Shown here one piece after another: positions 1-9,025 of a stretch of DNA of 64,000 bases (position 1 is its first letter; each line of letters starts with the position of its first letter). Source of the stretch: a virus; the IMG/VR virus record IMGVR_UViG_3300036792_000218, positions 1 through 64,000 of that record. One strand, written 5' to 3'. Below the pieces are notes generated by a model. It worked only from the letters and a program-made list of their open reading frames with translations, did not search any database and had not been told where the DNA came from. The translations under genes were made by a program, and so were the position numbers.

Positions 1-119
1 CACTCGGGGACGTCACTGGTCTCGGCGGTGAACTCCGCGCGGAGCGCTATGAGCATCGCCGCCGCCCCGTGGACGCTGATGTCGGCCGTGGTGGGCGCGG
101 CGCTTACAAGGCTGGTCAT
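1..119 (-). CDS. hypothetical protein, truncated at window edge
   Basis: ATG at 119 overlaps the stop of the upstream gene (ATGA); frame open to position 1. Confidence 0.5.
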   Translation of the reverse strand, partial: MTSLVSAAPTTADISVHGAAAMLIALRAEFTAETSDVPE

Positions 120-379
120 GCGTTCCCCCTGGCTAGTGCCCGGAACAGGACGTGGCTGCCGCCGTCGTCGCCGGGCGTGATCACGGTGAAGCCGCGCCTG
201 CGTGCCTCGTTGCGGGCCATGCGCGCGACGTCCCGGTACGTCGGGCTGTCCGGGTAGCGGTGCGCGTCGTCGAGAGCGCTGAGCAGGCCGCCGTCGGTCA
301 GCGTCGCGACCTCGTCGCGGGTTTCCCGGCTGTGGCGGGCTGCGGCCTTGAGGTCGGGGCCCGCGTCGGCGCGCTTCAC
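116..379 (-). CDS. hypothetical protein
   Basis: GTG at 379 coupled (GTGA) to the upstream stop; shortened form of ORF 116..418. Confidence 0.6.
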   Translation of the reverse strand: MKRADAGPDLKAAARHSRETRDEVATLTDGGLLSALDDAHRYPDSPTYRDVARMARNEARRRGFTVITPGDDGGSHVLFRALARGNA

Positions 380-555
380 GCGGCGCTCACGAGCTCGGCG
401 CGGGCCTCGGCCTGCCAACGCTGCTTCTCGGTGCGGCGTCCCTCGCGGTGGGGGATCACCGGGCCGGCGTTGGCGCGTATCTCGTCGTTCCAGTGGCCGC
501 GCAGTCCGGACGGCTTCCCTTTCCGGGTCGGGCTGTAGATGGCCTTGGTGCTCAC
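376..555 (-). CDS. hypothetical protein (59 aa)
   Basis: GTG at 555 preceded by AAGGGGG RBS, directly downstream of promoter copy 1. Confidence 0.65.
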   Translation of the reverse strand: MSTKAIYSPTRKGKPSGLRGHWNDEIRANAGPVIPHREGRRTEKQRWQAEARAELVSAA

Positions 556-580
556 TGGTGCCCCCTTGGTAGCGGTGAAC

Positions 581-625
581 CTTACAGAGACAACATTATA
601 GAGACAGCATAGTCTTGTCAATTTG
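581..625 (-). promoter_or_regulatory. repeated promoter/operator, copy 1 (TTGACA-17-TAATGT)
   Basis: -35 at 621-616, -10 at 598-593, 17-bp spacer, imperfect GACAA...TTGTC inverted repeat, predicted +1 G at 585. Confidence 0.85.
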
Positions 626-836
626 AACACGCCGGAAGGTTGGACCGTGCCCGCCACCTGGATCGAGACCACCGAACTACCCCTCGACCAGCTGCAACGG
701 CTGGCATGACGGCGAGGGTGGCGAGCAGGTCGGCGGCGGTGTCGGGGCCGAGTTCGCCCCGGCCGGCCAGGTCGCGGACGGCGGCCTCGACGTTGGCGGG
801 GACCGTGGGCTCTTGGGTGCTTCCGGTGCTGCTCAT
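618..836 (-). CDS. hypothetical protein
   Basis: ATG with AGGAG RBS; follows 856..1323. Confidence 0.55.
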   Translation of the reverse strand: MSSTGSTQEPTVPANVEAAVRDLAGRGELGPDTAADLLATLAVMPAVAAGRGVVRWSRSRWRARSNLPACSN

Positions 837-855
837 GTCGTTCTCCTGTCGGTTG

Positions 856-1323
856 TCAGGCGGCGGTGACGATGCTGTTGACGTGGCGCTGCTCGCCGAT
901 CCCGGCGGTGCCCTCGTAGACGTCCTGGACCCACACGTCCAGGGTGCGGAGCGCGTCGTCGAGGACGGCGAGGTAGGTGCGGGGGAGCATCCCGTACACC
1001 TGGTGGCCGTGCTCGATGCCGAGCGCTTCGGCCTGGTCGGCGATCGTGCCGGCGGTGACGCTGCCGGGCTGGCCCATCCGCAGGTCGTACGGTGCGATCG
1101 CCTCGTCGAGGGTGATCAGCCCGTGGAGGGCGGACAGGACCAGGATCCGGGTAGGCGTTCCGTTCGCGTTGCACCAGGCTGCCTCGGTTTCGGCTGCGGC
1201 GAGCGTGTGGCGGAACATGGGGCCGGTGTAGAGGTCGCGGGCCGGCGCGGGGCGGTCCTGCTTGGCCGCCCCGCAGGGGATCACGTAGGTGATGGTGGCC
1301 TGGTTCCCGTTAACGTCGCTCAC
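856..1323 (-). CDS. DUF6884/YaaA-like protein, probably leaderless
   Basis: Motifs VIPCGAAK, PARDLYTGPMF, VLSALHGLI, IAPYDLRM; GTG sits at the predicted +1 of promoter copy 2. Confidence 0.75.
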   Translation of the reverse strand: MSDVNGNQATITYVIPCGAAKQDRPAPARDLYTGPMFRHTLAAAETEAAWCNANGTPTRILVLSALHGLITLDEAIAPYDLRMGQPGSVTAGTIADQAEALGIEHGHQVYGMLPRTYLAVLDDALRTLDVWVQDVYEGTAGIGEQRHVNSIVTAA

Positions 1324-1365
1324 AAGGACAACACTATCAGAACTCGTGAGCGTTGTCGCTTTAAA
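1319..1365 (-). promoter_or_regulatory. repeated promoter/operator, copy 2 (GCGACA-17-TAGTGT)
   Basis: -10 at 1336-1331, degenerate -35 at 1359-1354, GACAAC...GTTGTC inverted repeat. Confidence 0.75.
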
Positions 1366-1900
1366 GTCCGGCGTTTCCCGAGGTCACCCACGCCACCGCC
1401 TCGTCAACCGGCACCCCAGGCCGCGCCCCCTCCGACCCCGCCGGAACCACCTCGCCCGCCGCGTAGAACCGCACCGGGAACGACCCGCCGCGCCCCGCCT
1501 GCGTCACCCACGTGTACACCGTCTGCGGCCGGAACGACCCCGGCACCAGCCCCCGCTCCGCCAGCACCGCCCGGAACTGGTACGGGCTGCACACCCCGGC
1601 CGGGAACGGCGACCCCGCCGCCTTCCGCCGGACGGCAACCGGGCCCGGCCCGGTGACCGCCGGCCCCGCAAGCCCGGCCACCGGGCGCGGCAGCGGCCGC
1701 ACCGCGAGCCTCGCCACCGTCCGGTTCAGCGGAGGCTGCTTACCGAGCACGTGCCCCGACTCGTGGCACGGGCACACCCACACCTTGACCGCCGCGGCCG
1801 ACCCGTTCTGTACCGTCTCCGGGCACAGGACGTGATCCCCCGTCACGCAGAACCCGCACAGGTGCCCGCCCGCCACCATCACTGCCTTCAACGTCGCCAT
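1361..1900 (-). CDS. Cys/His zinc-binding N-terminus plus putative DNA-binding C-terminal domain (paralog of 1971..2636)
   Basis: HLCGFC..H..C..CPCH; C-terminal FP.G..SP..FR..L...GL...Q.VY.WV...SFPVR...RPGVP..EA.AW shared with 1971..2636; AAGGGG RBS. Confidence 0.7.
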   Translation of the reverse strand: MATLKAVMVAGGHLCGFCVTGDHVLCPETVQNGSAAAVKVWVCPCHESGHVLGKQPPLNRTVARLAVRPLPRPVAGLAGPAVTGPGPVAVRRKAAGSPFPAGVCSPYQFRAVLAERGLVPGSFRPQTVYTWVTQAGRGGSFPVRFYAAGEVVPAGSEGARPGVPVDEAVAWVTSGNAGL

Positions 1901-1970
1901 CGCCGTTTCCCCTTGTCCGATGAAAGAGGCCCGCGCCGGGCGGCGCGGGCCGTTGCCCTCAGGTCCGCGC

Positions 1971-2636
1971 TTACTTCGCGCCGTGGTGCTCCGCGTACCA
2001 GGCCAGCGCCTCGGTGAGCGGGACGCCCGGCCGGGTCTCGCCGGGGATCTTCACCGCGTGGACCGCGCCGTCGGCGCCGACGTGGCGGACCGGGAACGAC
2101 TTGGAGCCGACCCAGTTGTAAACCTTCTGGGTGGACAGCGCCGGGCCGGCCAGTCCCTCACGGACGAGGTAGTGGCGGAACGCGATCGGGGTGATCATCC
2201 CCTCGGGGAAGTCGGCCGGGGCGTCCTTGGCGTCCTGCGCGGGGCCGGTGGCCTGCGCGGGCCGCTTGGTCCGGGGCTTCGCCGGGGTGTCCTCCTGCGC
2301 GGGGGCGGGGTCCTCGGTGGGCTCGTCCTCGGTCGCCTCGCCGGCGTCCTCGGTGATGTCCACGTGGCGGGTCTCCGCGATCACGACCACGTTGCCGTCG
2401 GGTGCGACTGCCGCGATGGTCGCGCCGTCCTGGTCCGCTGCGGTCTCGGTGTCGGCTTCGGGCTCGCCCGCTTCCGCCTGCGCGAGGATCTCGGCGATCT
2501 CGGCGCTGGCCGCTTCCATCCGGCGTCCGAAGGTGCGGACGGACATGCCGAGCGCTTCGGCTGCGCGGCTCTTGTTGCCGTCGGCGGCGGTGAGGGCTTC
2601 GGCGATCTGGGTGGCGGTGGCGGTGGTGGCGGTCAT
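1971..2636 (-). CDS. Fis-type HTH protein with acidic linker and shared C-terminal domain
   Basis: IAEALTAADGNKSRAAEALGMSVRTFGRRM matches the Fis/HTH_8 pattern; AAGGGGG RBS; first gene after promoter copy 3. Confidence 0.8.
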   Translation of the reverse strand: MTATTATATQIAEALTAADGNKSRAAEALGMSVRTFGRRMEAASAEIAEILAQAEAGEPEADTETAADQDGATIAAVAPDGNVVVIAETRHVDITEDAGEATEDEPTEDPAPAQEDTPAKPRTKRPAQATGPAQDAKDAPADFPEGMITPIAFRHYLVREGLAGPALSTQKVYNWVGSKSFPVRHVGADGAVHAVKIPGETRPGVPLTEALAWYAEHHGAK

Positions 2637-2663
2637 TGTGTTTCCCCCTTGGTAGCGGTGTTC

Positions 2664-2710
2664 CTTACAAAGACAACACTATCTATGGTGACCAGTGTTG
2701 TCAACTTAAA
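2664..2710 (-). promoter_or_regulatory. repeated promoter/operator, copy 3 (TTGACA-17-TAGTGT)
   Basis: -35 at 2704-2699, -10 at 2681-2676, perfect GACAACACT...AGTGTTGTC inverted repeat. Confidence 0.9.
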
Positions 2711-2790
2711 GACGCCGACACGCCGGCCAGAAAACAGAACCGGGCGGCACCCCCGCAGGAGCACCACCCGGCCAGGCCGAGCCAACCGCG

Positions 2791-3192
2791 CTACCCGGCG
2801 TCACCCGCCATCCGCGCCGAGCAGCCCGCCGTGTCCCGGCACGCCACGTTCCCCGCCGGGTTGAACTGCTCAAGCGTCCCGCCGTCCCCGGTCGTGCCCT
2901 CCACCCCGCAGTACGAGCACGCGGGCAGCGCCTCCGCGACGATGACCAGAACGTCGACCATGGTGTCCGACCGCAGGTGCGCGACCACCGGGCGGGGCTC
3001 GCCCCCGGCCGTGTACCAGGTGCACATCCACACTTCGTTCCCGAACGACGTGCCCACCTTCCGGTCCAGGTAGCGGATGCGGCCGGCGGGACGGGCCAGG
3101 ATCATGCCGGGCTTCAGTTCCCGTGCCGGGCACTGCGAGCCGCGCACCCGCATCAAGGGCGGCGCGGTGGTTTCGGTCTCGGTGGCGGTCAT
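2791..3192 (-). CDS. hypothetical protein with C-terminal Cys cluster
   Basis: ATG at 3192 with GAGGGG RBS; CSYC...C....C. Confidence 0.6.
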   Translation of the reverse strand: MTATETETTAPPLMRVRGSQCPARELKPGMILARPAGRIRYLDRKVGTSFGNEVWMCTWYTAGGEPRPVVAHLRSDTMVDVLVIVAEALPACSYCGVEGTTGDGGTLEQFNPAGNVACRDTAGCSARMAGDAG

Positions 3193-3236
3193 GTGGTTCC
3201 CCCTCGTGTTTGTGGTCGGGCTGGTCAGCGCGCGCC

Positions 3237-3518
3237 TCACGCGCGCGGGAGGCCGATGCGGTCGGGCATGTACGTGGAGAGTTGCAGGCCGTAGCCGTTG
3301 ACGTCGTTCCAGTCCATGCAGTAGTCGGTGAAGCTCGCCATGGTGGCGGTCTCGATCCAGGTGCGGATGTACTTGCGCCGGTAGGCCTCGCGGCTGGCCA
3401 CGTCGGGGAAGATCAGCCAGATATTCGCGAGGCCGTGGGCGTCCGTGCCGGTGCCGAGGGTGATGGTGCCCTCGGGTACGTCGGCGAGGGCGCTGGCGAT
3501 CGTGGTCACAGTTGGCAT
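3237..3518 (-). CDS. hypothetical protein
   Basis: ATG with GAAGGG RBS, phage-like composition. Confidence 0.65.
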   Translation of the reverse strand: MPTVTTIASALADVPEGTITLGTGTDAHGLANIWLIFPDVASREAYRRKYIRTWIETATMASFTDYCMDWNDVNGYGLQLSTYMPDRIGLPRA

Positions 3519-3545
3519 CGTGTTGCCCTTCGTGGTCGTGGCCTG

Positions 3546-3782
3546 TTAGCTGCCGGTGACGAGGCGGACTGAGTCGACGTCAACGGTGCGGGACGCGACG
3601 GGAGTCCGGCCGTCCTGGCTGTAGGCGATGCGGTTCTCGGTCCAGTAGTGGAGGGTGACGCGGGTGTCGTCGCCGCCGTCGACCCACCGCAGGTCGACGG
3701 TGTCGCCGATCAGGGCGGTTTCGCGGGTGAGCTCCTGGCCGTTGCGGCGGGTGTCCATGGGTGCCTCCGGTGTGATCGCCAT
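3546..3782 (-). CDS. hypothetical protein
   Basis: ATG 8 nt after the predicted +1 of promoter copy 4. Confidence 0.65.
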   Translation of the reverse strand: MAITPEAPMDTRRNGQELTRETALIGDTVDLRWVDGGDDTRVTLHYWTENRIAYSQDGRTPVASRTVDVDSVRLVTGS

Positions 3783-3785
3783 CGC

Positions 3786-3832
3786 CTTACAAAGACAACA
3801 CTACCAAAGTCAATGAGTGTTGTCACCTTAAA
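3786..3832 (-). promoter_or_regulatory. repeated promoter/operator, copy 4 (GTGACA-17-TAGTGT), divergent from terminase
   Basis: -35 at 3826-3821, -10 at 3803-3798, perfect GACAACACT...AGTGTTGTC inverted repeat. Confidence 0.85.
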
Positions 3833-3849
3833 CACGGCGGGGGTGAGCA

Positions 3850-4356
3850 ATGCCGCGACGCCGGTCCTCCGCGACCATGGAACGCGACGCCAAGGCCTAC
3901 GACCTGTTCCGCCGCGGCCTCAGCTACCGGCAGATCGGCACCGAACTCGGCGTCAGCCACCAGGCCGCATTCGAAGCGGTCCGCCGCGCCGCGAAAGACA
4001 ACGCCGCCAACCCGCTCGAACAAGCCGAGGCACGCCAGGCCGCACTCGACCGGCTGCAGGACTACCGGCGGCACGTTCTCCGGGTCCTCACCGGAAAGCA
4101 CTACGTCGTGTCCCAGGGCGGCCACATCGTGCTCGGCCCGGACAACAAGCCGCTCATCGACACCGACCCGGTACTCAGGGCCGTCGACCGGCTGGTCAAG
4201 ATCGACCAGGAAGACAGCAGGCTCCGCGACCTGTACCCGGCGGCCAAGGCCCGCGTCGAGGTCATCACCGAGGACGCGGTAGACGCCGAACTGGCCACGC
4301 TGGCGAGGCAGGTAGCCGAGAACGATGCCCGCGCCGCTGATACTGGCACCGGCTGA
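3850..4356 (+). CDS. terminase small subunit (N-terminal HTH)
   Basis: HTH (GLSYRQIGTELGVSHQAA), helical body, position overlapping the large terminase. Confidence 0.8.
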   Translation: MPRRRSSATMERDAKAYDLFRRGLSYRQIGTELGVSHQAAFEAVRRAAKDNAANPLEQAEARQAALDRLQDYRRHVLRVLTGKHYVVSQGGHIVLGPDNKPLIDTDPVLRAVDRLVKIDQEDSRLRDLYPAAKARVEVITEDAVDAELATLARQVAENDARAADTGTG

Positions 4357-5899
4357 GAAACTGCAGCGGCTCGCCGAGCTGCGCGAGCGCCTGCGGCTGC
4401 AGGAAGCCGAAAAGCTCCGCAAGACCGACCCGTTCGCGAAACTCGGATTCGCCCCGAACCCCGGCCCGCAGACCCGGTTCCTGTCACTGCCCGACGAGAA
4501 CATCGACGTCCTGTTCGGCGGGGCCGTCGGCGGCAGCAAGTCGACGTCGCTGCTCATGTACGCGATCCGCGCGTGCACCAGGTACCCAGGACTTCAGGCG
4601 TTCTGGTTCCGCCGTACCTTCCCCGAGCTTGAGCACTCCGTGGTCCGCCTCCTGGGCCGCTACGGGTTCGCCAGGGCGCTCGGCTGCCGGTGGCGGGCCG
4701 ACAAGCACGAGCTCCGGTTCCCCAACGGGTCGACGCTGACGTTCGCCCACGCGAAGAACGTCAAAGAGGCCACCGCGTTCCTGTCCGCCGAGATCAACCT
4801 GCTGCTGATCGACGAGCGGACCACGCTGCCGCCCGACGTCGTCGACCTCCTGTACACCCGCATCCGCACCGGTGTACCCGGTGTGCCCGTGCTCGGCTGC
4901 CGCAGCGCCACCAACCCCGGCGACGTCGGCCACTCACGGGTCCTGACCGACTACATCGACGCGACCGGCCACGGTGAGCGTGAGATCACCGACGACAACA
5001 ACCGCCGCCGCATCTTCATCCAGTCGAGGATCGGGGACACGCCCCAGCTCGGCGCCGACTACCTGAAGAACCTCGCGGGCCTGCCGGAAAAGCTCCGTAA
5101 GGCCTACCTGGAGGGCGACTGGACCGTGTTCGCCGGGCAGGTGTTCGACGAGTGGCGGCACGCCCGGCACGTCGTCAAGCCGTTCACGCTCCCCGAGTCG
5201 TGGAAACGGTACTCGGGCACCGACTGGGGCTTCGCCGCCCCCTGGTGCACCCTGTGGCTCGCGGTCGACGAGGACGGCCGCGTCTACGTGTACCGGGAGC
5301 TGTACGCGGCGCAGGTCGGCGAGACGCAGCAGGCGCAGCGGATCGTCGAAGCGGAGGCCGGCGAGCAGGTCGCCGTCCGGTACGCGGACGACGCCATGTG
5401 GGCCACCCGCGGCGAGCTCAAGAGCGTCGCCGACGTCTACGCGGAAAACGGCTGCCACCTGACCAAGGCGGGGAAGGGCCCTGACTCGCGGATCGCCCGC
5501 GTGCAGCGGATGCACACCTACCTCGGTGAGGCGCCCGCCTGCCCGTCGCACCGGGCGCAGGGGTGGGAGACGTGCCCGAAAGTCCACGTGTTCCCCGTCT
5601 GCGCGAACCTGATCCGGACCCTGCCGACGCTCCCGCACCCGACGACGGGCAACCCGGAAGACGTCGACACGAACGCCGAAGATCACGCGTACGACGCGCT
5701 CACCTATGCCCTGGTGAACCTCGGCACCGGCCCGGTGTTCATCCTTCCCGACCTGCCCGCCGCGCAGCTGACCGAAGGCGTCGAGGCGCTGCAGCAGGTG
5801 GGCGCGTTCGCCCGCCGGCCCGACCCGAACGCACCCGAGCGCGACCCGGACGACGACGAGGCCCCGACGGGCATGACGCAACGCGCCCCATGGGCCTGA
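4325..5899 (+). CDS. terminase large subunit
   Basis: Walker A GGAVGGSKST, Walker B LLLIDE, ATNPG coupling motif, nuclease motifs GTDWG and EDHAYDA. Confidence 0.95.
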   Translation: MPAPLILAPAEKLQRLAELRERLRLQEAEKLRKTDPFAKLGFAPNPGPQTRFLSLPDENIDVLFGGAVGGSKSTSLLMYAIRACTRYPGLQAFWFRRTFPELEHSVVRLLGRYGFARALGCRWRADKHELRFPNGSTLTFAHAKNVKEATAFLSAEINLLLIDERTTLPPDVVDLLYTRIRTGVPGVPVLGCRSATNPGDVGHSRVLTDYIDATGHGEREITDDNNRRRIFIQSRIGDTPQLGADYLKNLAGLPEKLRKAYLEGDWTVFAGQVFDEWRHARHVVKPFTLPESWKRYSGTDWGFAAPWCTLWLAVDEDGRVYVYRELYAAQVGETQQAQRIVEAEAGEQVAVRYADDAMWATRGELKSVADVYAENGCHLTKAGKGPDSRIARVQRMHTYLGEAPACPSHRAQGWETCPKVHVFPVCANLIRTLPTLPHPTTGNPEDVDTNAEDHAYDALTYALVNLGTGPVFILPDLPAAQLTEGVEALQQVGAFARRPDPNAPERDPDDDEAPTGMTQRAPWA

Positions 5900-5919
5900 C
5901 CCGTGCCGGGAGGTACTGA

Positions 5920-7845
5920 ATGCCCCTCGCCGACCCGCGCACCTGGTTCCGCCGTCAGGTCACGGGCGACCTGGAGGAAGCCGCGCCGAGCGCCCGCGCG
6001 CTGCCCGCCAGCGCCGTCAAGCGCGCGGGCTACGAGTCGGGCATCCCGCAGGGCGGCATCGACGAGAACAGCGCAGGGGTAGGCGCGTCGACCCAGACTG
6101 ACCGCCGGTCAGCGCTGACCGAACTGTACGAGGCGTACATTGCCTGCCCGTGGGCGTGGGCGTGCGTCAACGCGATCGCCCGCACCATCACCGCCGGCGG
6201 CCTGGTCAGCGACTGGGACAGCGACAACGGCGAAGGACAGGAACAGCCCAGCAAGCCGCCCCAGGTCCTCGCGCTCGAGGCGCTGATCGCCTACACCAAC
6301 CCGCGGCAGAACATCCGCCAGCTCCTCCGCTCGTTCATCGTCGACCTGCTGGTGTTCGGCGACGCGTTCTTGGAGATCTGCTGGTGGGGCAACCAGCCCG
6401 TCGCGCTCTACAACCTGGACAGCGCGACCACGACGCCGATCGCCGACGAGCACGGCGTGGTGTCCGGGTACGTGCAGGTGACCGACTACGGCCAGAGGGC
6501 CAAGTTCGACGAGCGCGACGTCATCCACGTGTCGCTCGACTCGCCCCGCTCCGGGATCTTCGGGATTCCCCCGATGCAGGCCGCCCTGCTGCCGATCACC
6601 GTGTGGCTGCACGCCGCGGCGACCGGCAAGGAAATGATGCGCAAGGGGTTGCCGCCGGAGATCCACGCGGACTTCCCCGCCGGCACCAGCGACAACGAGA
6701 CGAAGCGCTGGCGCGACCGCTACATGATCACGAACATCGGGCCGCGGAACATCGGCGCCCCGCGGATCACCAAGGGCGGCGCGAAGCTCAACGAGCTGCA
6801 AACCGGCAAGACGACCGACGTCCTCGCGACGAAGGACCAGGCGCGCGACGAGATCCTGTCGTGCTTCGGCGTCCCCCCGTCCAAGGCGACGGTCATCGAG
6901 TCGGGCAACCTCGGAGGCGGCACCGGCGACGACCAGCACCGCACCTACGAGGTAGACACCTGCGGGCCGATCGCCGAACTCGTCCTGGAGGCGCTGAACT
7001 TCGCGGTCACCAAGAAGGGGTTCGGGATCACCGACTGGCGCATGAAGTTCCGCGAGGTCGACTACCGGTCGTCCACGATCATCGAGAACATCCGCGACCA
7101 GCGGCTCCGGAACGGCGCGTGGACGCTGAACAAGTACCGGGCGGAGATCGGGGAGCCCCCGGTCGAGGGCGGCGACGACGCGGTACTCGTCGACCGTCAG
7201 AACCTCGTGCTGTGGGCCGACATGAGCGCCATGTCGAAGGCCGTCGTCGCGAGCAAGGGCGCCCCGGCCGTCGCGGCGGGCGAGGGCACGCCGAACGGTG
7301 AGCCGATGACCGGCGCACCGCAGGACGAGCCGCAGGACGGCCAGGAGCCGCCCGCCGAGAACGTGCCCGTCCTCGTCCTGGCCAGGTACCAGGAGCGGCT
7401 ACGCGAAGCACTCGCCGCGCTGCCCGTCACCGAATCCGACGGCGCCGGCGCGGAGGTGTACGCCCAGCTCGCCCCGGCGTTCCCGCCCTCGGCTATCGCA
7501 TGGGTCAAGAAAGTCACCTGGTCAGGCCCGAAGACCGTGCCGCTCGACCAGGTCGATACCGGCGACCGCGACGACTGGGACGCCTCGCACGAGCCGGGCG
7601 AGGTCAAGCGGCTGCGGAAGAAACTCCGCCGCAAGCTCAAGCGCGGCGAGCAGCCGAAACCGCTGATCCTCGTGAAGGCCCCCGGCTCCGGTAAGTACCT
7701 GATCGCCGACGGCCACCATCACTACCTCGCCGCGGAGGCCGAGGAGCTGACCAGCCTTCCCGCGTACACCGGCAAGGTGAGCGCGAAAGACGGGCCATGG
7801 CGGACGTTCGCCACACAGGAGAAGCGTGACCGTTCCGCGGCCTGA
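5920..7845 (+). CDS. portal protein with C-terminal ParB/Srx-like domain
   Basis: Portal motifs (DLLVFGDAFLEI, DVIH, FGVPP, WTLNKYRAEIG); C-terminal PLILV...YLIADGHHHYLAA. Confidence 0.9.
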   Translation: MPLADPRTWFRRQVTGDLEEAAPSARALPASAVKRAGYESGIPQGGIDENSAGVGASTQTDRRSALTELYEAYIACPWAWACVNAIARTITAGGLVSDWDSDNGEGQEQPSKPPQVLALEALIAYTNPRQNIRQLLRSFIVDLLVFGDAFLEICWWGNQPVALYNLDSATTTPIADEHGVVSGYVQVTDYGQRAKFDERDVIHVSLDSPRSGIFGIPPMQAALLPITVWLHAAATGKEMMRKGLPPEIHADFPAGTSDNETKRWRDRYMITNIGPRNIGAPRITKGGAKLNELQTGKTTDVLATKDQARDEILSCFGVPPSKATVIESGNLGGGTGDDQHRTYEVDTCGPIAELVLEALNFAVTKKGFGITDWRMKFREVDYRSSTIIENIRDQRLRNGAWTLNKYRAEIGEPPVEGGDDAVLVDRQNLVLWADMSAMSKAVVASKGAPAVAAGEGTPNGEPMTGAPQDEPQDGQEPPAENVPVLVLARYQERLREALAALPVTESDGAGAEVYAQLAPAFPPSAIAWVKKVTWSGPKTVPLDQVDTGDRDDWDASHEPGEVKRLRKKLRRKLKRGEQPKPLILVKAPGSGKYLIADGHHHYLAAEAEELTSLPAYTGKVSAKDGPWRTFATQEKRDRSAA

Positions 7846-8038
7846 CGCGGCCCGGCTGCTCGCCGACGTCGCCAGCGCGCTCAACGCGTGCGAGGCCGCG
7901 GCCATCACGGTCAAGCTCAAGCACGGCGCGGTCATCACCCGCAACGGGTACGTGCTGCCCGTCGGCGACGCGCAGTGGGGCGCGCGGACACTGGCCTACT
8001 CACCGTTCGGCGCACCGGAGGGAGACGACGGTGACTGA
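7826..8038 (+). CDS. hypothetical protein
   Basis: GTG with AGGAG RBS overlapping the portal end. Confidence 0.6.
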   Translation: MTVPRPDAARLLADVASALNACEAAAITVKLKHGAVITRNGYVLPVGDAQWGARTLAYSPFGAPEGDDGD

Positions 8039-8162
8039 GCCGCCGCCCGAGCAGCCCTACGAGCTACCGGGCACCAGCCCGGCATGGGAACCCGGCACGC
8101 AGCCCGATCACCCGCTGAGGGCCGTGGACGCCGCGGCCCTGATCCCGAAGCAGGTCGGCTGA
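8031..8162 (+). CDS. small Pro-rich hypothetical protein (43 aa)
   Basis: GTG with GGAGGGAG RBS; TGATG coupling to the next gene; below the ORF-track cutoff. Confidence 0.45.
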   Translation: MTEPPPEQPYELPGTSPAWEPGTQPDHPLRAVDAAALIPKQVG

Positions 8163-8296
8163 TGCCCGCCGGGTGGTTCTTCGGCTGGTACCCGGCCGGG
8201 TACCGCCCCGAGCGGCCCGCCCCTTGCCACGGCAAGCGCCGCGGCGTCACCAAGTCACCCAAGCGCGCCAAGCGCCGCAACCGGAGGAAAGCCTAG
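8162..8296 (+). CDS. small basic protein (44 aa)
   Basis: Coupled ATG; Arg/Lys-rich C-terminus KRRGVTKSPKRAKRRNRRKA. Confidence 0.45.
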   Translation: MPAGWFFGWYPAGYRPERPAPCHGKRRGVTKSPKRAKRRNRRKA

Positions 8297-8298
8297 CC

Positions 8299-9018
8299 AT
8301 GCAGCCCACTGTCTGCCGCACCGTCCTGTACAGGCTCCACGCGGGCGACGCCGAGCAGATCAACCGCCTCCGCGACGACTTCGCCGCGTTCAACCGGTCG
8401 CACCGGCACGCGGACCATGAGCCGGGCAGCTTCCCCGGCCGGTCGGGGCACATCGGCCACTTCGGCAACCAGGTCAGCGAAGGCGACTCCTACCCGGCGG
8501 TCGTGGTCCGCACGTTCGGCGGCAGCACGGTCAACCTCAAGGTCCTGCTCGACGGGAACGACGACTATTGGGCGACGAGCCGGGCCGAGGGCGACGAGCC
8601 GGGCCAGTGGTCCTGGCCCCTGCTGGTGACGGGCCAGCCGCTTACGGGGACGCTCACGCGCACCGCGCCGCGGGTCACCGACCTCGTGCACTACGTCAGC
8701 CACGGCAGCCCGGTCAGGGCCGACGGGTCGCAGGCGTACAAGTCGGTATGCCGGGCGGCGATCGTGACCGGCGGCCCGCACCTGGTCTCGGGGACGTTCG
8801 ACACCGGCGGCGGCGAGGCGCTGAGCTTGTGCGTGCTCAACCCCGAGGGCATGTTCTTCAACCAGCACGTCCTGTTCGACGCGGCCGTGGCCACTCCCGG
8901 TGACCCCGAGTGCCTGAGCCGCGTCAACCACGGCAACCCGTTCCGCTACTGCGAGTGCGGGTGGATCGAGGCGGCGTTCAAGGGCGGCACCTGGCACCAG
9001 CCCGGCCCCGGCTGCTGA
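8299..9018 (+). CDS. hypothetical phage protein with two tandem related domains
   Basis: ATG with GGAGG RBS; two units of P.V...V.Y...AA/PA(I/V)V...(G)TW/QW.(W)P. Confidence 0.7.
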   Translation: MQPTVCRTVLYRLHAGDAEQINRLRDDFAAFNRSHRHADHEPGSFPGRSGHIGHFGNQVSEGDSYPAVVVRTFGGSTVNLKVLLDGNDDYWATSRAEGDEPGQWSWPLLVTGQPLTGTLTRTAPRVTDLVHYVSHGSPVRADGSQAYKSVCRAAIVTGGPHLVSGTFDTGGGEALSLCVLNPEGMFFNQHVLFDAAVATPGDPECLSRVNHGNPFRYCECGWIEAAFKGGTWHQPGPGC

Positions 9019-9025
9019 TACGCCG

